Part shown: piece by piece, positions 20,820 through 31,044 of the stretch
Layout: each line of letters starts with the position of its first letter
Numbering within the stretch: position 1 is the stretch's first letter
Source: an uncultured delta proteobacterium
GTDB lineage: Bacteria > Desulfobacterota > Binatia > UBA9968
NCBI GenBank assembly: GCA_963727625.1
Contig: CAVSHR010000009.1
Span: forward strand, 128,001-192,000
Direction of reading: 5' to 3'
Length of the DNA stretch: 64,000 bases
Translations under genes and position numbers: made by a program
The notes under the pieces: generated by a model
What the model saw: the letters and a program-made list of their open reading frames with translations, nothing else
The model's database searches: none
What the model was told of the DNA's origin: nothing

Positions 20820-21764
20820 ATGCCGGAATCTTACCAGGCTATTCTTCTCATCGCCTTCGGCGGCCCCACGGCACCGGAAGAAATTCGCCCTTATCTGGCC
20901 CGTGTAACCAAGGGAATTCCGATCCCGCCCGAACGCCTCGAGGAAGTCGCGCATCACTACGAAGCGGTTGGCGGCAAGTCGCCGCTTAACGAAATCACTT
21001 TCCGTCAAGCAGCCGCGGTGCAAACATTATTAAACGCGCGCGGCATGAAACTTCCGGTGTATGTCGGCATGCGCAACTCGCCGCCCTTCTTTGTCGAAAC
21101 GCTAAAGACAATGGCCGGCGACGGCGTTAGCCGCGCGCTGGGTTTTATTCTCTCATCGCACCGCACCGAAGCGAGCTGGGAGCGCTATCAGAAAAATATC
21201 GCTGAAGGGAGCGCGGAGCTGGGCGGTAACGCGCCCGCCGTCGATTATTGCGACAGCTGGCACGATCATCCGCTTTTTATCCAAACTTGGTCGGAGCTCA
21301 TCGATGCCGCTTTTGCGAAGATTAAAGCGGATCGGAAAAATTCACCGTCGCTGGTTTTCACCGCTCATAGCCTGCCCGTGCCGATGGCGGCGAGATCGCC
21401 CTACGTCGAGCAACTTGAAACCAGCGCTCGCCTGATCGCCGAGCGGCTGGGCCGTCGACGCTGGTCGCTCGCCTATCAAAGCCGCAGCGGCAAACCAAGC
21501 GATCCTTGGCTCGAGCCCGACATCGACTCAGCCCTGCGCAAGCTCGCCGCCAATGGATGCCGGGAAGCCGTCGTCGCACCCATTGGTTTCGTTTGCGACC
21601 ACGTCGAGGTGCTCTACGATCTCGATATCGAAGCTCGGAACTTCGCCGCCGATTTGGGCGTGAATCTGGTCCGCGCAAGCTGCCCCAACGATCATTCGAC
21701 GTTTATACGCATGATCGCAGAAGTGATCACGCAAAGGATGAAACCGATCGACGATCGAGGATAG
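20820..21764 (+). CDS. hemH: Ferrochelatase (HemH/CpfC)
   Basis: AFGGP, HYEAVGGKSPL, VGMRN, FTAHSLP, AYQSRSG...WLEPDI, PIGFVCDHVEVLYDLD. Confidence 0.95.
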   Translation: MPESYQAILLIAFGGPTAPEEIRPYLARVTKGIPIPPERLEEVAHHYEAVGGKSPLNEITFRQAAAVQTLLNARGMKLPVYVGMRNSPPFFVETLKTMAGDGVSRALGFILSSHRTEASWERYQKNIAEGSAELGGNAPAVDYCDSWHDHPLFIQTWSELIDAAFAKIKADRKNSPSLVFTAHSLPVPMAARSPYVEQLETSARLIAERLGRRRWSLAYQSRSGKPSDPWLEPDIDSALRKLAANGCREAVVAPIGFVCDHVEVLYDLDIEARNFAADLGVNLVRASCPNDHSTFIRMIAEVITQRMKPIDDRG

Positions 21765-21817
21765 AAAATGGAGAATCGTCATCCTCAATCATCGATCCTC
21801 CACCTGCGACCTACGGT

Positions 21818-23248
21818 ATGATGAAGCGCATCGTTGTCATCGGCGGAGGAATCGCTGGACTTGCCGCCGCCCATCGAGTCGTCGAGCTCAGTAACGAACG
21901 AGCCCTCGGTCTCGACGTGCAGCTCCTTGAAGCCTCGGCTCGCCTCGGCGGTTCCATCGCCACCGAGCGCGTCGGCGACTTTATCGTCGAAGCCGGCCCG
22001 GATTCCTTCATTACCGAAAAGCCCTGGGCGCTGCGCCTCTGCGAGCGCATCGGTCTCTCGTCCCGCCTTGTGTCGACCCAGTCGGCGTATCAAAAAATTT
22101 ACATCATCCAGGGCGGCAAGCTCGTCGCTTTGCCTGAAGGGTTTTTCTTGCTGGCGCCGACGCGTCTTCGGCCGTTCGTCGAAACGCCGCTCTTTTCCTG
22201 GTCCGGCAAATTCCGCATAGCGGCCGAGCTATTCTTGCCTCGCGGTAAAGTTGACGGCGATGAAAGTCTCGGCGCTTTCGTGCGCCGCCGCTTCGGCAGC
22301 GAAGCCCTCGAGCGGGTGGCCCAACCGCTGGTCGGCGGCATTTACGCCTCCGACCCCGACCAGCTCAGCCTCGGCGCCACCATGCCGCGCTTCAAAGCGA
22401 TGGAGCGCCGGCGGCGCAGCGTGATCTGGGCGATGTGGTCCGAGCAACGCCGACGCGCGCGCAGCCGGGAATCCGGCAGCGGCGCTCGCTGGAGTTTATT
22501 CGTTACCCTTAAGGGAGGAATGCAGGAACTGGTCGAGGCTGTCGCCGAGCGTTTGCCCAAAGGCGCCCTGCGCGCCAACGCGGCGGTCACCCGTTTGAGT
22601 CTGGGCGAAAGCGGAAAGCATTGGCGCATCACGATTGCCGGTGACGAGACGATTTCGGCTGATGGTGTGATTCTCGCCACGCCGGCGTTTCAAAGCGGCA
22701 CAATCCTTTCATCGGTTGCCGGGAATACGGCCGGCGAGCTTAAGCAGATCGAGTACGCATCCACGGCGACCGTGAGCCTCGCCTATCGCCGCGCAGATTT
22801 TCCCAAGCCGCCCGACAGCTTCGGCTTTGTCGTGCCGGCTGCCGAGCGGCGCAAGATCATGGCCTGCACCTTCAGCAGCTTGAAATATCCCGGCAGAGCG
22901 CCCGAGACTGACATTCTTTTGCGCTGCTTTGTTGGCGGCGCTCTGCAGCCGGAGCTCTTCGACGTCGACGACGCAACGATGAAGAAAATTGTCCGCGACG
23001 AACTGGCGAGCCTGCTCGGTGTGACCGCACCGCCGCAAGTTTCACGCGTCTGGCGCCATCCTCTTTCGATGCCGCAGTATCACGTCGGCCACGAGGCGCG
23101 TATCCGAAGGATCGAAACCGCGTTGAAACAATTTTCAAGCCTTGCTCTAGCCGGCAGCGCGTACCATGGCGTCGGCATCCCCGACTGCGTCCGCACCGGC
23201 GAGGAAGCCGCGGAAAAAATCGTCAGTTATTTAGCATCGAACTCGTAG
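21818..23248 (+). CDS. hemG: HemY-type proto/coproporphyrinogen oxidase
   Basis: IGGGIAGLAAA, EAGPDSF, PLVGGIYA, FGFVVP, MPQYHVGH, GVGIPDCV. Start at ATG 21818 or 21821. Confidence 0.93.
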   Translation: MMKRIVVIGGGIAGLAAAHRVVELSNERALGLDVQLLEASARLGGSIATERVGDFIVEAGPDSFITEKPWALRLCERIGLSSRLVSTQSAYQKIYIIQGGKLVALPEGFFLLAPTRLRPFVETPLFSWSGKFRIAAELFLPRGKVDGDESLGAFVRRRFGSEALERVAQPLVGGIYASDPDQLSLGATMPRFKAMERRRRSVIWAMWSEQRRRARSRESGSGARWSLFVTLKGGMQELVEAVAERLPKGALRANAAVTRLSLGESGKHWRITIAGDETISADGVILATPAFQSGTILSSVAGNTAGELKQIEYASTATVSLAYRRADFPKPPDSFGFVVPAAERRKIMACTFSSLKYPGRAPETDILLRCFVGGALQPELFDVDDATMKKIVRDELASLLGVTAPPQVSRVWRHPLSMPQYHVGHEARIRRIETALKQFSSLALAGSAYHGVGIPDCVRTGEEAAEKIVSYLASNS

Positions 23249-23419
23249 GCTGCCTTGCCCACCCATCTTTGAATTCGACGCTGCCGGCGGGTACGGTGCC
23301 CAGGCGCTTCCTACGGCTCTTGTTCACGTTGATAGCGCAACCCGGCGTTAGGAAACTCCGACCCGAAAGAGCGATCATTTCCCTTGACGCCCATAGGAAA
23401 GCGAGGCTATGACTCGGGC

Positions 23420-24259
23420 ATGCTGATCATCGATTCTCAAGTTCACCTCTGGGCGCCCGAGACTCCGGAGAAACCCTACGCCACGGAAAACGCCTCCAAG
23501 CCGCACCGACAAGTTCCGCTCGGTGCCGACGAACTATTGCGCGAAATGGACGGTGCCGGCGTCGCGCGCTGCGTGCTCGTGCCGCCGACCTGGGAAGCCG
23601 ATCGCAACGATACTTCTCTCGACGCCGCGCGAAAGCACCCCGACCGGTTTGGCGTGATGGGACGATTGTCTCTGACCGACCCGGACAGCCGAGCTCGAAT
23701 CGCGACCTGGAAACAGCAGCCGCATATGTTAGGCGTCCGTATGGTTTTCAATCGGGGACAATCCGGCGCTTGGTTGACCGACGGCACTGCTGATTGGTTT
23801 TGGGACGCTGCCGAACGTTACGGCGTTCCGGTCATGGCTATGGCGCCGAACGATGTGCCGAAGCTGGGCGACGTCGCCGAACGCCATCCGGGCTTGCGGC
23901 TGATCATCGACCACATGGGGCTCAACTCGGTGTTGCGCGGCAAACCGCTCGGTCCGTCGGTTGAGAATGTTATCAAGCTCGCGCGGCTGAAAAATGTCGC
24001 CGTGAAAGTTTCCGCTCTGCCCTGCTACGTCGCCGAGCCCTATCCGTTTCCTACACTCCATCCGCTGGTGCGCCGTGTCGTCGACGCCTTCGGGTCACAG
24101 CGCTGTTTTTGGGGCACGGATCTCTCCCATCTCCCCTGCCCCTACAATCAAGTTGTGACGCTCTTTACCGAAGAGATGAAGTCGCTGTCGGCACCCGAGT
24201 TGGAATGGATCATGGGCCGCGGCCTCGCCCAATGGCTGAACTGGCCCTTGCCCGAATAA
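23420..24259 (+). CDS. Amidohydrolase family protein (lactonase-like)
   Basis: IIDSQVHLW, LIIDHMG, NVAVKVSA, FWGTD. Confidence 0.85.
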   Translation: MLIIDSQVHLWAPETPEKPYATENASKPHRQVPLGADELLREMDGAGVARCVLVPPTWEADRNDTSLDAARKHPDRFGVMGRLSLTDPDSRARIATWKQQPHMLGVRMVFNRGQSGAWLTDGTADWFWDAAERYGVPVMAMAPNDVPKLGDVAERHPGLRLIIDHMGLNSVLRGKPLGPSVENVIKLARLKNVAVKVSALPCYVAEPYPFPTLHPLVRRVVDAFGSQRCFWGTDLSHLPCPYNQVVTLFTEEMKSLSAPELEWIMGRGLAQWLNWPLPE

Positions 24260-24412
24260 CCCCCCACGTGTCGTACGTTCGACTTGAATTCGTCCCCGGT
24301 GTGGATGAATCGATCAGGAGATTATAGCGAGCCCTTTTTTAAGCCGAATATTCCCATAAAATAAGTCATAGATTCCACGGCGCAAGGCGCGCCGCAGGAA
24401 ATTGATTGGATC

Positions 24413-25699
24413 ATGACCATCGCCATAACAATCCTCATTGCCATTGCGTTCACCTTTTGTCTCGACAGCGTGAGTGCGCCCGCTCAGGAGAGCACGCTTC
24501 GTTTCGTCATCTGGAAGTCGGAAGCTCCCAAGCTGTGGGAAGACGCGATGCGCGAATTCGAGAGGCGCAATCCCGGCGTCCGCATGATTCAAGAGGTCGG
24601 TCCGCACTCGTCTACACAATTTCACGATCTGGTCACGCAGAAACTGAAGAACCGCGATCGCGAGATGGACGTGTTCCTGATGGACGTCGTGTGGCCCGCG
24701 GAGTTTGCCTCGGCGGGATGGGCTTTGCCGTTGGAAAAATTTTTCCCCGAGGCGGAGCAGAAAAAGTTTCTCGCCGCTCCGCTTCTGGCCAATCGTTATC
24801 GCGGCCGCATTTACGGCGTGCCCCTGTTCGTCGACGCCGGCCTGCTCTATTACCGAAAGGACTTGCTGGAAAAATATCACCTGACACCCCCGCGCACGTG
24901 GCCCGAGCTGGTCGACCAAGCCAAGCAGATTCTCGGGCGCGAAAACGATCCGCAATTGGTCGGCTACTCCGGCCAGTTCAAACAGTACGAAGGCCTCATC
25001 TGCGACATGATGGAGTTCATTCTCAGCAACGGCGGGGCGCTGTGGGACAAAAAACGGCTGGTGAGCGCGCTGCAGCATCCACCGGCCGTGGCGGCGGTCC
25101 GTTTCGTGCGCGACCAAATCATCGGCGAGATCTCCCACCGCGGCGTGCTTGCCTACCAAGAACCCGAGTCGCTGGCGCTTTTTACTCAGGGAAGAGCCAT
25201 CTTTCATCGCAACTGGCCCTATGCATGGAAGATCGCCAACGACCCTGAGCGCTCGAAGGTCGCGGGCAGAATCGCCATGGCGACCCTGCCTCACTTTCCC
25301 GGAGGGCACGGAGTCGCAACCCTCGGCGGCTGGCAAATGGGAATCAGCAGCTTCTCGCGAAAACCCGAGCTGGCGTGGCGCTTCGTCGACTTCATGACGA
25401 GCCCCGAGATGCAGAAGCGGATCGCTCTCGCCACCGGCCGTCCGCCCACACGCCTTGCGCTCTACGACGATTCGGAACTGCGCCGAAAAATACCGCAGCT
25501 CATGTCCCTTCTGGAAAATTTCAAGCAGGCGGTGCCGCGCCCCACAACGCCGGTGTACGTGCCGCTCTCGAATATCATGCAGCGCTATTTCAGCTCGGTG
25601 CTGTCCTTGCCGGACACCAACATCAAGGAGCGCGCCGCCCTGGCGGCCCGGGAAATGGACCGCGTCCTGGATCTTTTGCGCGGGGCGCCGGCGCCATGA
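24413..25699 (+). CDS. Sugar ABC transporter substrate-binding protein (trehalose/maltose-type)
   Basis: Signal peptide, DVFLMDVVWPAEFA, LLYYRKDLL, QYEGL, FHRNWPYAW, TLGGWQ. Confidence 0.9.
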   Translation: MTIAITILIAIAFTFCLDSVSAPAQESTLRFVIWKSEAPKLWEDAMREFERRNPGVRMIQEVGPHSSTQFHDLVTQKLKNRDREMDVFLMDVVWPAEFASAGWALPLEKFFPEAEQKKFLAAPLLANRYRGRIYGVPLFVDAGLLYYRKDLLEKYHLTPPRTWPELVDQAKQILGRENDPQLVGYSGQFKQYEGLICDMMEFILSNGGALWDKKRLVSALQHPPAVAAVRFVRDQIIGEISHRGVLAYQEPESLALFTQGRAIFHRNWPYAWKIANDPERSKVAGRIAMATLPHFPGGHGVATLGGWQMGISSFSRKPELAWRFVDFMTSPEMQKRIALATGRPPTRLALYDDSELRRKIPQLMSLLENFKQAVPRPTTPVYVPLSNIMQRYFSSVLSLPDTNIKERAALAAREMDRVLDLLRGAPAP

Positions 25700-26583
25700 G
25701 ACGCTATCATCGGCTGGCGTTGCTCTTTCTCTTTCCGAGTTTGATCTTCGTCGGCCTATTCACTTTCTATCCGATCTTCGAATCTTTCCGGTTGAGCTTT
25801 TACCGGATGATTTTGACCCTGCCATGGCTCGGTCAGAAAATGGTCGGCTGGGAAAACTACGCCGATCTCTGGACCGATCCCGTCGCGATGCAGTCGCTCA
25901 AGACCACTCTGACATTCGTCGCCGTGACCATCCCGCTGGAGCTTTTGTTCGGGTTGGGCATGGCGCTGGTGATGAACGAGGTTTTTCACGGCCGCGGACT
26001 GCTGCGGGCGATCGTGCTGGTGCCCTGGGCGATCCCCACGGTGGTTTCCTCGCAGATGTGGCGCTTTATTTTTAACGATCGCTACGGCTTGTTTAATTTC
26101 CTCTTGTTCGGCGACGATACCACGCGCTATATGGCACCGCTGGCTGAGCCGGGGCTAGCGCTCGTCGCGATCATGGTGGCGGAGATCTGGAAAACTACGC
26201 CCTTCGCGGCGCTGATACTTTTGGCTGGTTTACAGACGATCCCCGATGACTTTTACGAAGCGGCCGGCATCGACGGTGCCGGAACTTGGCAGAAGTTCCG
26301 TTACGTGACCCTGCCGTTGATCCGACCGGCTCTGCTCTTGGCGCTTTTGTTTCGCAGCATCGATGCCCTGCGGGTGTTCGATCTCGTCTTCGTCATGACC
26401 CAGGGCGGTCCCGCAGACGCGACCAATGTGCTGCAATTCTACGGCTACAAGAAAAGCTTCGCCGAAGGGATGATCGGTTACGGCTCCGCCATCGCCGTCG
26501 GAGTTTTTATCCTGTCATTGGCGCTCTCACTGGCCTATTTGCGGCTGCTTCGGGGAAGCCGGTTGGAAGGAGCGGCGCGATGA
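25696..26583 (+). CDS. Sugar ABC transporter permease (MalF/UgpA-like)
   Basis: ATGA overlap with the upstream stop. VGWENY, WKTTPF, EAA motif YEAAGIDGA, TQGGPADAT. Confidence 0.92.
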   Translation: MRRYHRLALLFLFPSLIFVGLFTFYPIFESFRLSFYRMILTLPWLGQKMVGWENYADLWTDPVAMQSLKTTLTFVAVTIPLELLFGLGMALVMNEVFHGRGLLRAIVLVPWAIPTVVSSQMWRFIFNDRYGLFNFLLFGDDTTRYMAPLAEPGLALVAIMVAEIWKTTPFAALILLAGLQTIPDDFYEAAGIDGAGTWQKFRYVTLPLIRPALLLALLFRSIDALRVFDLVFVMTQGGPADATNVLQFYGYKKSFAEGMIGYGSAIAVGVFILSLALSLAYLRLLRGSRLEGAAR

Positions 26584-27395
26584 AGCGTGGCGCCGCTTGG
26601 TTGATTTTTTCCCTCGGTATTAGTCTCTATTGCCTTTTACCCTTTCTCTGGTTCGTGCTCACCTCTTTTAAAAGCCAGACCGAGCTCACGGCGATTCCGC
26701 CGATCGTGATACCGTCTTTTCATTTGAATTTTTACCGGGCGGCGCTGGAAAAGTACGGCCTGCTAGGTTACGTCGGCAACAGCGCAATCGTCGCCGGCTC
26801 GGCGACGTTCGTGACCGTCGTCATCGGCTCGCTGGCGGCCTACGCCATTGCGCGCTTGGAACTGTGGTGGATGAAATATTATCTGCTCGCGTTGCTCTCG
26901 ATCTCCATGTTTCCACAGATTGCCATCGCCGGTCCGGTGTGGACCATACTCAATCGTCTGGACTGGCTGAATACCTATCACGGACTCGTATGCGCCTATG
27001 TTGCGCTGACACTGCCGCTGGCGACCTGGATTCTCACGACTTTTTTTCGCGAGGTGCCGCGGGAGATCGAAGACGCTGCGCTCATCGACGGCTGCAGCCG
27101 TTTGCAAGCGTTGCGCAAAGTCGTGCTGCCCCTGGCAGCTCCGGGGATATTGACCGCCGCGCTGCTGGTTTTTATCTATGACTGGAACGAGTTTTTCTTC
27201 GCGCTCATCATCATGACCAATCCCAACGTGCAAACATTGCCGGTGGGAATCGCGCTTTTTCCGGGAGAATACACCATGCCCTGGGGCGAGATCGCCGCGG
27301 CGTCCACCATGGCGACTCTGCCCTTGATCGCTCTCACGCTGCTGTTCCAACGAGGTATCGTCCGCGGCCTTTCAGCCGGTGCCGTAAAAGGCTAA
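26580..27395 (+). CDS. Sugar ABC transporter permease (MalG/UgpE-like)
   Basis: ATGA overlap. IEDAALIDGCS, WNEFFFA, TLPVGI, RGLSAGAVKG. Confidence 0.92.
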   Translation: MKRGAAWLIFSLGISLYCLLPFLWFVLTSFKSQTELTAIPPIVIPSFHLNFYRAALEKYGLLGYVGNSAIVAGSATFVTVVIGSLAAYAIARLELWWMKYYLLALLSISMFPQIAIAGPVWTILNRLDWLNTYHGLVCAYVALTLPLATWILTTFFREVPREIEDAALIDGCSRLQALRKVVLPLAAPGILTAALLVFIYDWNEFFFALIIMTNPNVQTLPVGIALFPGEYTMPWGEIAAASTMATLPLIALTLLFQRGIVRGLSAGAVKG

Positions 27396-27426
27396 ACATC
27401 GAACTAAACGTTGAGGAGGAAGAACC

Positions 27427-28503
27427 ATCGCTTCTTTATCTGTCAAAGCCCTGGTCAAAAACTTCGGCGCCAACGAAATCCTGAAGAATATTTCCTTCGA
27501 CGTCGCCGACGGCGAGTTTTGCATTCTGCTCGGACCTTCGGGCTGCGGCAAGTCGACGATCCTGCGCTTGATCGCGGGCCTTGAGGAATCAACCAAAGGC
27601 GAGATCAGCGTCGGCGAAGAGCGCATCGATGCCCTGCAGCCGCGCGACCGCGATATCGCTTTCGTTTTTCAAAACTACGCGCTCTATCCGCACATGAGCG
27701 TGTTTGAAAATCTCGCCTTTTCGCTGCGCCTGCGAGGCCTATCGAAAGACGCCATCGACCGGAAAGTCGCGGAGGCGGCGCGCTTGTTGGAAATTGACGA
27801 TCTGTTAAAGCGCCGGCCGCAAGCGCTGAGCGGCGGCCAGCGCCAGCGAGTGGCGCTGGGGAGAGCCATCGTGCGCCAGCCGCGGGTGTTTCTCTTCGAT
27901 GAGCCGCTGTCGAATTTGGACGCCACGTTGCGCGCCAGCATGCGCGTCGAGCTGGCGCGGCTACACCGCCGGCTCAAAGCGACGATCCTTTACGTCACCC
28001 ATGACCAAGCGGAGGCCTTGACCCTAGGTGAAAAAATTATCGTGCTCAATCGCGGCACGATCCAGCAAATCGGCACCGCTTCGGAAATCTATCACAAGCC
28101 CGCCAACACCATGGTCGCGCGCTTCGTCGGCACGCCGCAGATGAATCTTCTCGAAGGCAGATTGGACGATAACGGCGCCCTATTCCGGCGTCAAAGTCTG
28201 CGCTTGGATCTCGCCAGGCTGCCGCAAACGCGCTTGGCGCGGCTAGCCGGAAAACCTTTAACCCTCGGGATTCGTCCTGAAGATTTTCACGTGGCGGACG
28301 CCGCTCAGGCATGGATTTCCGGCGAGATTGACCTGATCGAGGACCTCGGCTCCGACCGGTTTCTGCACGTCCAATGCGACGGCATCGAAGTGATCGCCAG
28401 GAATGGTCGAGAACAAAACGTTCGGCCGGGGGATCGCGTCGGTCTCAATGTCGACAGTGAACGCGTGCATCTTTTTTTCGACGATAAACGCTTCGAACCC
28501 TGA
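27427..28503 (+). CDS. Sugar ABC transporter ATP-binding protein (MalK/UgpC-like), apparent ATC start
   Basis: Frame upstream of the listed ORF contains Walker A GPSGCGKST; LSGGQRQR, DEPLSNLD, YVTHDQ. GAGGAGG lies 7 nt before ATC 27427; in-frame TGA at 27412. Confidence 0.9.
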   Translation: MASLSVKALVKNFGANEILKNISFDVADGEFCILLGPSGCGKSTILRLIAGLEESTKGEISVGEERIDALQPRDRDIAFVFQNYALYPHMSVFENLAFSLRLRGLSKDAIDRKVAEAARLLEIDDLLKRRPQALSGGQRQRVALGRAIVRQPRVFLFDEPLSNLDATLRASMRVELARLHRRLKATILYVTHDQAEALTLGEKIIVLNRGTIQQIGTASEIYHKPANTMVARFVGTPQMNLLEGRLDDNGALFRRQSLRLDLARLPQTRLARLAGKPLTLGIRPEDFHVADAAQAWISGEIDLIEDLGSDRFLHVQCDGIEVIARNGREQNVRPGDRVGLNVDSERVHLFFDDKRFEP

Positions 28504-28592
28504 CTCGCGGCGGCGCACAATCCACCCCGCGATTGAGTTTTGGTTTCAATCGTAATAACAGCAAGCCAACAGACTGACGGAGGAACCCGCCC

Positions 28593-29300
28593 ATGAATAT
28601 CATCAACCGAGACCTTTCGGCGGAGAAAGACGGCGTGCCCGGCTATCTCGCCCATCCCGACCGCAAAGAGCCCGGACCCGCCGTGATGATCGTCCATCAT
28701 CATTTCGGCGTGACCGGAAACATGAAGGTCAACGTCTGCAACTACGCCAAGCTCGGCTACACGACCCTGGTGCCGGATCTGTATAAAATGCTCGGCGAAG
28801 CCGAGGGCGTCCATGAAGCCCAAAAGAAAACCAGCGACGGCCGCTTCAATGAAATCCTCACCAGCGCCTGGCGTTATTTGACGACCAGGCCCGAAGTCGA
28901 CGCCAAGCGCTGCGCCGTGGTCGGTTACTGCATGGGCGGGCGCATCGGCATTCACTTCGCCGCCGCCACGCCGAGCGTGCGCGCCTTCGTCGGCTACTAT
29001 CCATCGGTGCGCGAGGAGGGGCCGAGCCAACTCCGGCCGCGTCATCCGAACGACGCCGTCAAGGATATGAAGTGTCCGTCGCAGATTTTCTTCGGCGCCC
29101 ACGATCATGTCGCCAGCATCCCGGTACAGCAAAAACTGATGGAGAGTTTCCAAGCCAACGGCCAGCCGCTGGACTGGCATTTCTTCTACCGCGTCGGCCA
29201 TGGTTTCGCCATGGCCGACGGCGAATGCTACGATCCAAAACTAGCCGAGGTCGCCTGGAGTCTCACCGAAGACTTTTTGGCGCGCGAGTTGAGTGATTAA
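28593..29300 (+). CDS. Dienelactone hydrolase family protein
   Basis: Nucleophile motif VGYCMGG, VPDLY, GAHD, VGHGF. Confidence 0.88.
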   Translation: MNIINRDLSAEKDGVPGYLAHPDRKEPGPAVMIVHHHFGVTGNMKVNVCNYAKLGYTTLVPDLYKMLGEAEGVHEAQKKTSDGRFNEILTSAWRYLTTRPEVDAKRCAVVGYCMGGRIGIHFAAATPSVRAFVGYYPSVREEGPSQLRPRHPNDAVKDMKCPSQIFFGAHDHVASIPVQQKLMESFQANGQPLDWHFFYRVGHGFAMADGECYDPKLAEVAWSLTEDFLARELSD

Positions 29301-29307
29301 TAATGAT

Positions 29308-29709
29308 TTAGCCGAGCGGCAAGCCCATCTGGCGAAACTCGGCTGCGGAGTCGCGCGCGCCCCAGCGGCGGCGGATCAGGCCGTCTTTCAGCTCGAACCA
29401 TTCCATCGCCACTACTTCGTACGTACGGCCGGTCACCGGCCCGCCGCGGAAGGAGTTTGCCGACTTTCCTCGCTCGACGTAGCGAACCGCGACGAGTTCA
29501 CTCTCGGCGATCATCGCAACGATCTCCAGCTTTATCTGGAAGCACTCGATAATTTCGCGCCAGATGGGTCTGACCTCGTCGAGGGAACCCCACCCGAGTA
29601 CGCCGTAAATCAGCGCATCGGCGCTAAATAACTTACACAGTCCCTCGATATCCCCATGATTGAAAGCGTCGACGTATTGCATGACCGTCTGCTTGTTCCG
29701 CTCTTCCAT
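29308..29709 (-). CDS. SnoaL-like ester cyclase (NTF2 fold)
   Basis: NKQTV..YVDAFN.GD, MIAESELVAVR, FRGGPVTGR, FELKDGLI. Confidence 0.85.
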   Translation of the reverse strand: MEERNKQTVMQYVDAFNHGDIEGLCKLFSADALIYGVLGWGSLDEVRPIWREIIECFQIKLEIVAMIAESELVAVRYVERGKSANSFRGGPVTGRTYEVVAMEWFELKDGLIRRRWGARDSAAEFRQMGLPLG

Positions 29710-29810
29710 TGAAAGCCTCGCCTTGTTTAGCTCATTCGTTCCTGGCGCGTCGTGAATGCTCGTTTAGATTGACCTGCGCGCAAAAAAAAGCTGCCCCTTT
29801 GCGATAGCCG

Positions 29811-30989
29811 TTAGACCACCTGACCGGCCGCCCAGCCAGACGACCACGCCCATTGAAAATTGAAACCGCCCAGGTGGCCGGTCACATCGACCACTTCGCC
29901 GATGAAAAATAATCCCAGCACGACTTTCGATTCCATCGTCGTCGATGACAGCTCGTCGGTGCTCACACCGCCGACCGTCACCTCGGCGGTCCGATAGCCC
30001 TCGGTGCCGGCCGGGCTCATGGGCCAAGCCTGCAAGCGCTCGCAAAGCGCGGCCAATTCGCGCGGCGCATATTGGCGCAAAGACCGGCTGCCGAGTTCAA
30101 TTTCGCATAGACGCTGCGCCAGCCGCTTGGGCAAAAATCCGCCGAGCGCGGTTTTCAGCTCGGCATCGGAGCGAGATGAATGGCGGGGCTTTAGCCATTC
30201 AGAAAGATCGGCAAGCGGCAAAAAATTTACTGACAGTTCATCGCCAGGCTGCCAATAAGACGAAATCTGGAGAACCGCCGGGCCGCTGATACCGCGATGG
30301 GTAAACAGCAGGGCGTTGGCAAAACTCTGGCGCTTGCAACGGAGTTGGACCGGCAGACTCACGCCGGACAAATCACGATAACGAACTAAATCGTCCGGGC
30401 CAAAGGTCAACGGCACCAGCCCTGCGCGCGTCGGCTCGATGCTATGACCGAATTGCCTGGCAAGCTCATAACCGAAAGCGGTCGCGCCCATCTTGGGGAC
30501 CGATAAACCGCCGGTGGCAACGACGAGAGAGGTTGTCTGAGTCGCGCCACGATTGGATTTGAGTGTGAAGCCATCGGCGCGCCGTACCACCGAACTCATC
30601 ACACAGCCCGTCTCAATCCGTACTCCCGCCGCCCGCGCTTCATCGGTGAGCATCTTTACGATCAGTTTGGCCGACTGATCGCAAAAAAGCTGTCCGAGTT
30701 CTTTCTCGTGATAGGCGATGCCATGGCGCTCGACCAGGGCGATGAAATCCGCCTGGCTGTAACGCGCCAGCGCGCTTTTGCAAAAATGCGGATTGGCGGA
30801 AAGAAAGTTTTCCGGCGTGACGTGCAGATTGGTGAAATTACAGCGCCCGCCGCCCGAGATCAAAATCTTATTGCCGACTTTTTCGCTGCGTTCGATCACG
30901 AGAACGCGCCGGCCGCGCTTGCCCGCCTCGATGGCGCACATCAAGCCGGCCGCACCGCCGCCGAAAATGACCACGTCGTAACGAATCAT
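29811..30989 (-). CDS. HI0933/YhiN (BaiN) family flavoprotein
   Basis: GGGAAGLMCA, KILISGGGRCNFTN, ATGGLSVP, LFTHRGISGP, AEVTVGGV, GEVVDVTGHLGGFNFQWAWSSG. True start is MIRYDV at 30989. Confidence 0.93.
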   Translation of the reverse strand: MIRYDVVIFGGGAAGLMCAIEAGKRGRRVLVIERSEKVGNKILISGGGRCNFTNLHVTPENFLSANPHFCKSALARYSQADFIALVERHGIAYHEKELGQLFCDQSAKLIVKMLTDEARAAGVRIETGCVMSSVVRRADGFTLKSNRGATQTTSLVVATGGLSVPKMGATAFGYELARQFGHSIEPTRAGLVPLTFGPDDLVRYRDLSGVSLPVQLRCKRQSFANALLFTHRGISGPAVLQISSYWQPGDELSVNFLPLADLSEWLKPRHSSRSDAELKTALGGFLPKRLAQRLCEIELGSRSLRQYAPRELAALCERLQAWPMSPAGTEGYRTAEVTVGGVSTDELSSTTMESKVVLGLFFIGEVVDVTGHLGGFNFQWAWSSGWAAGQVV

Positions 30990-31044
30990 TAAAAAGAAGG
31001 CTGAACCGGCGGCGGGCGGCGCCAGTCGCCGCCCGAATGTTTCG

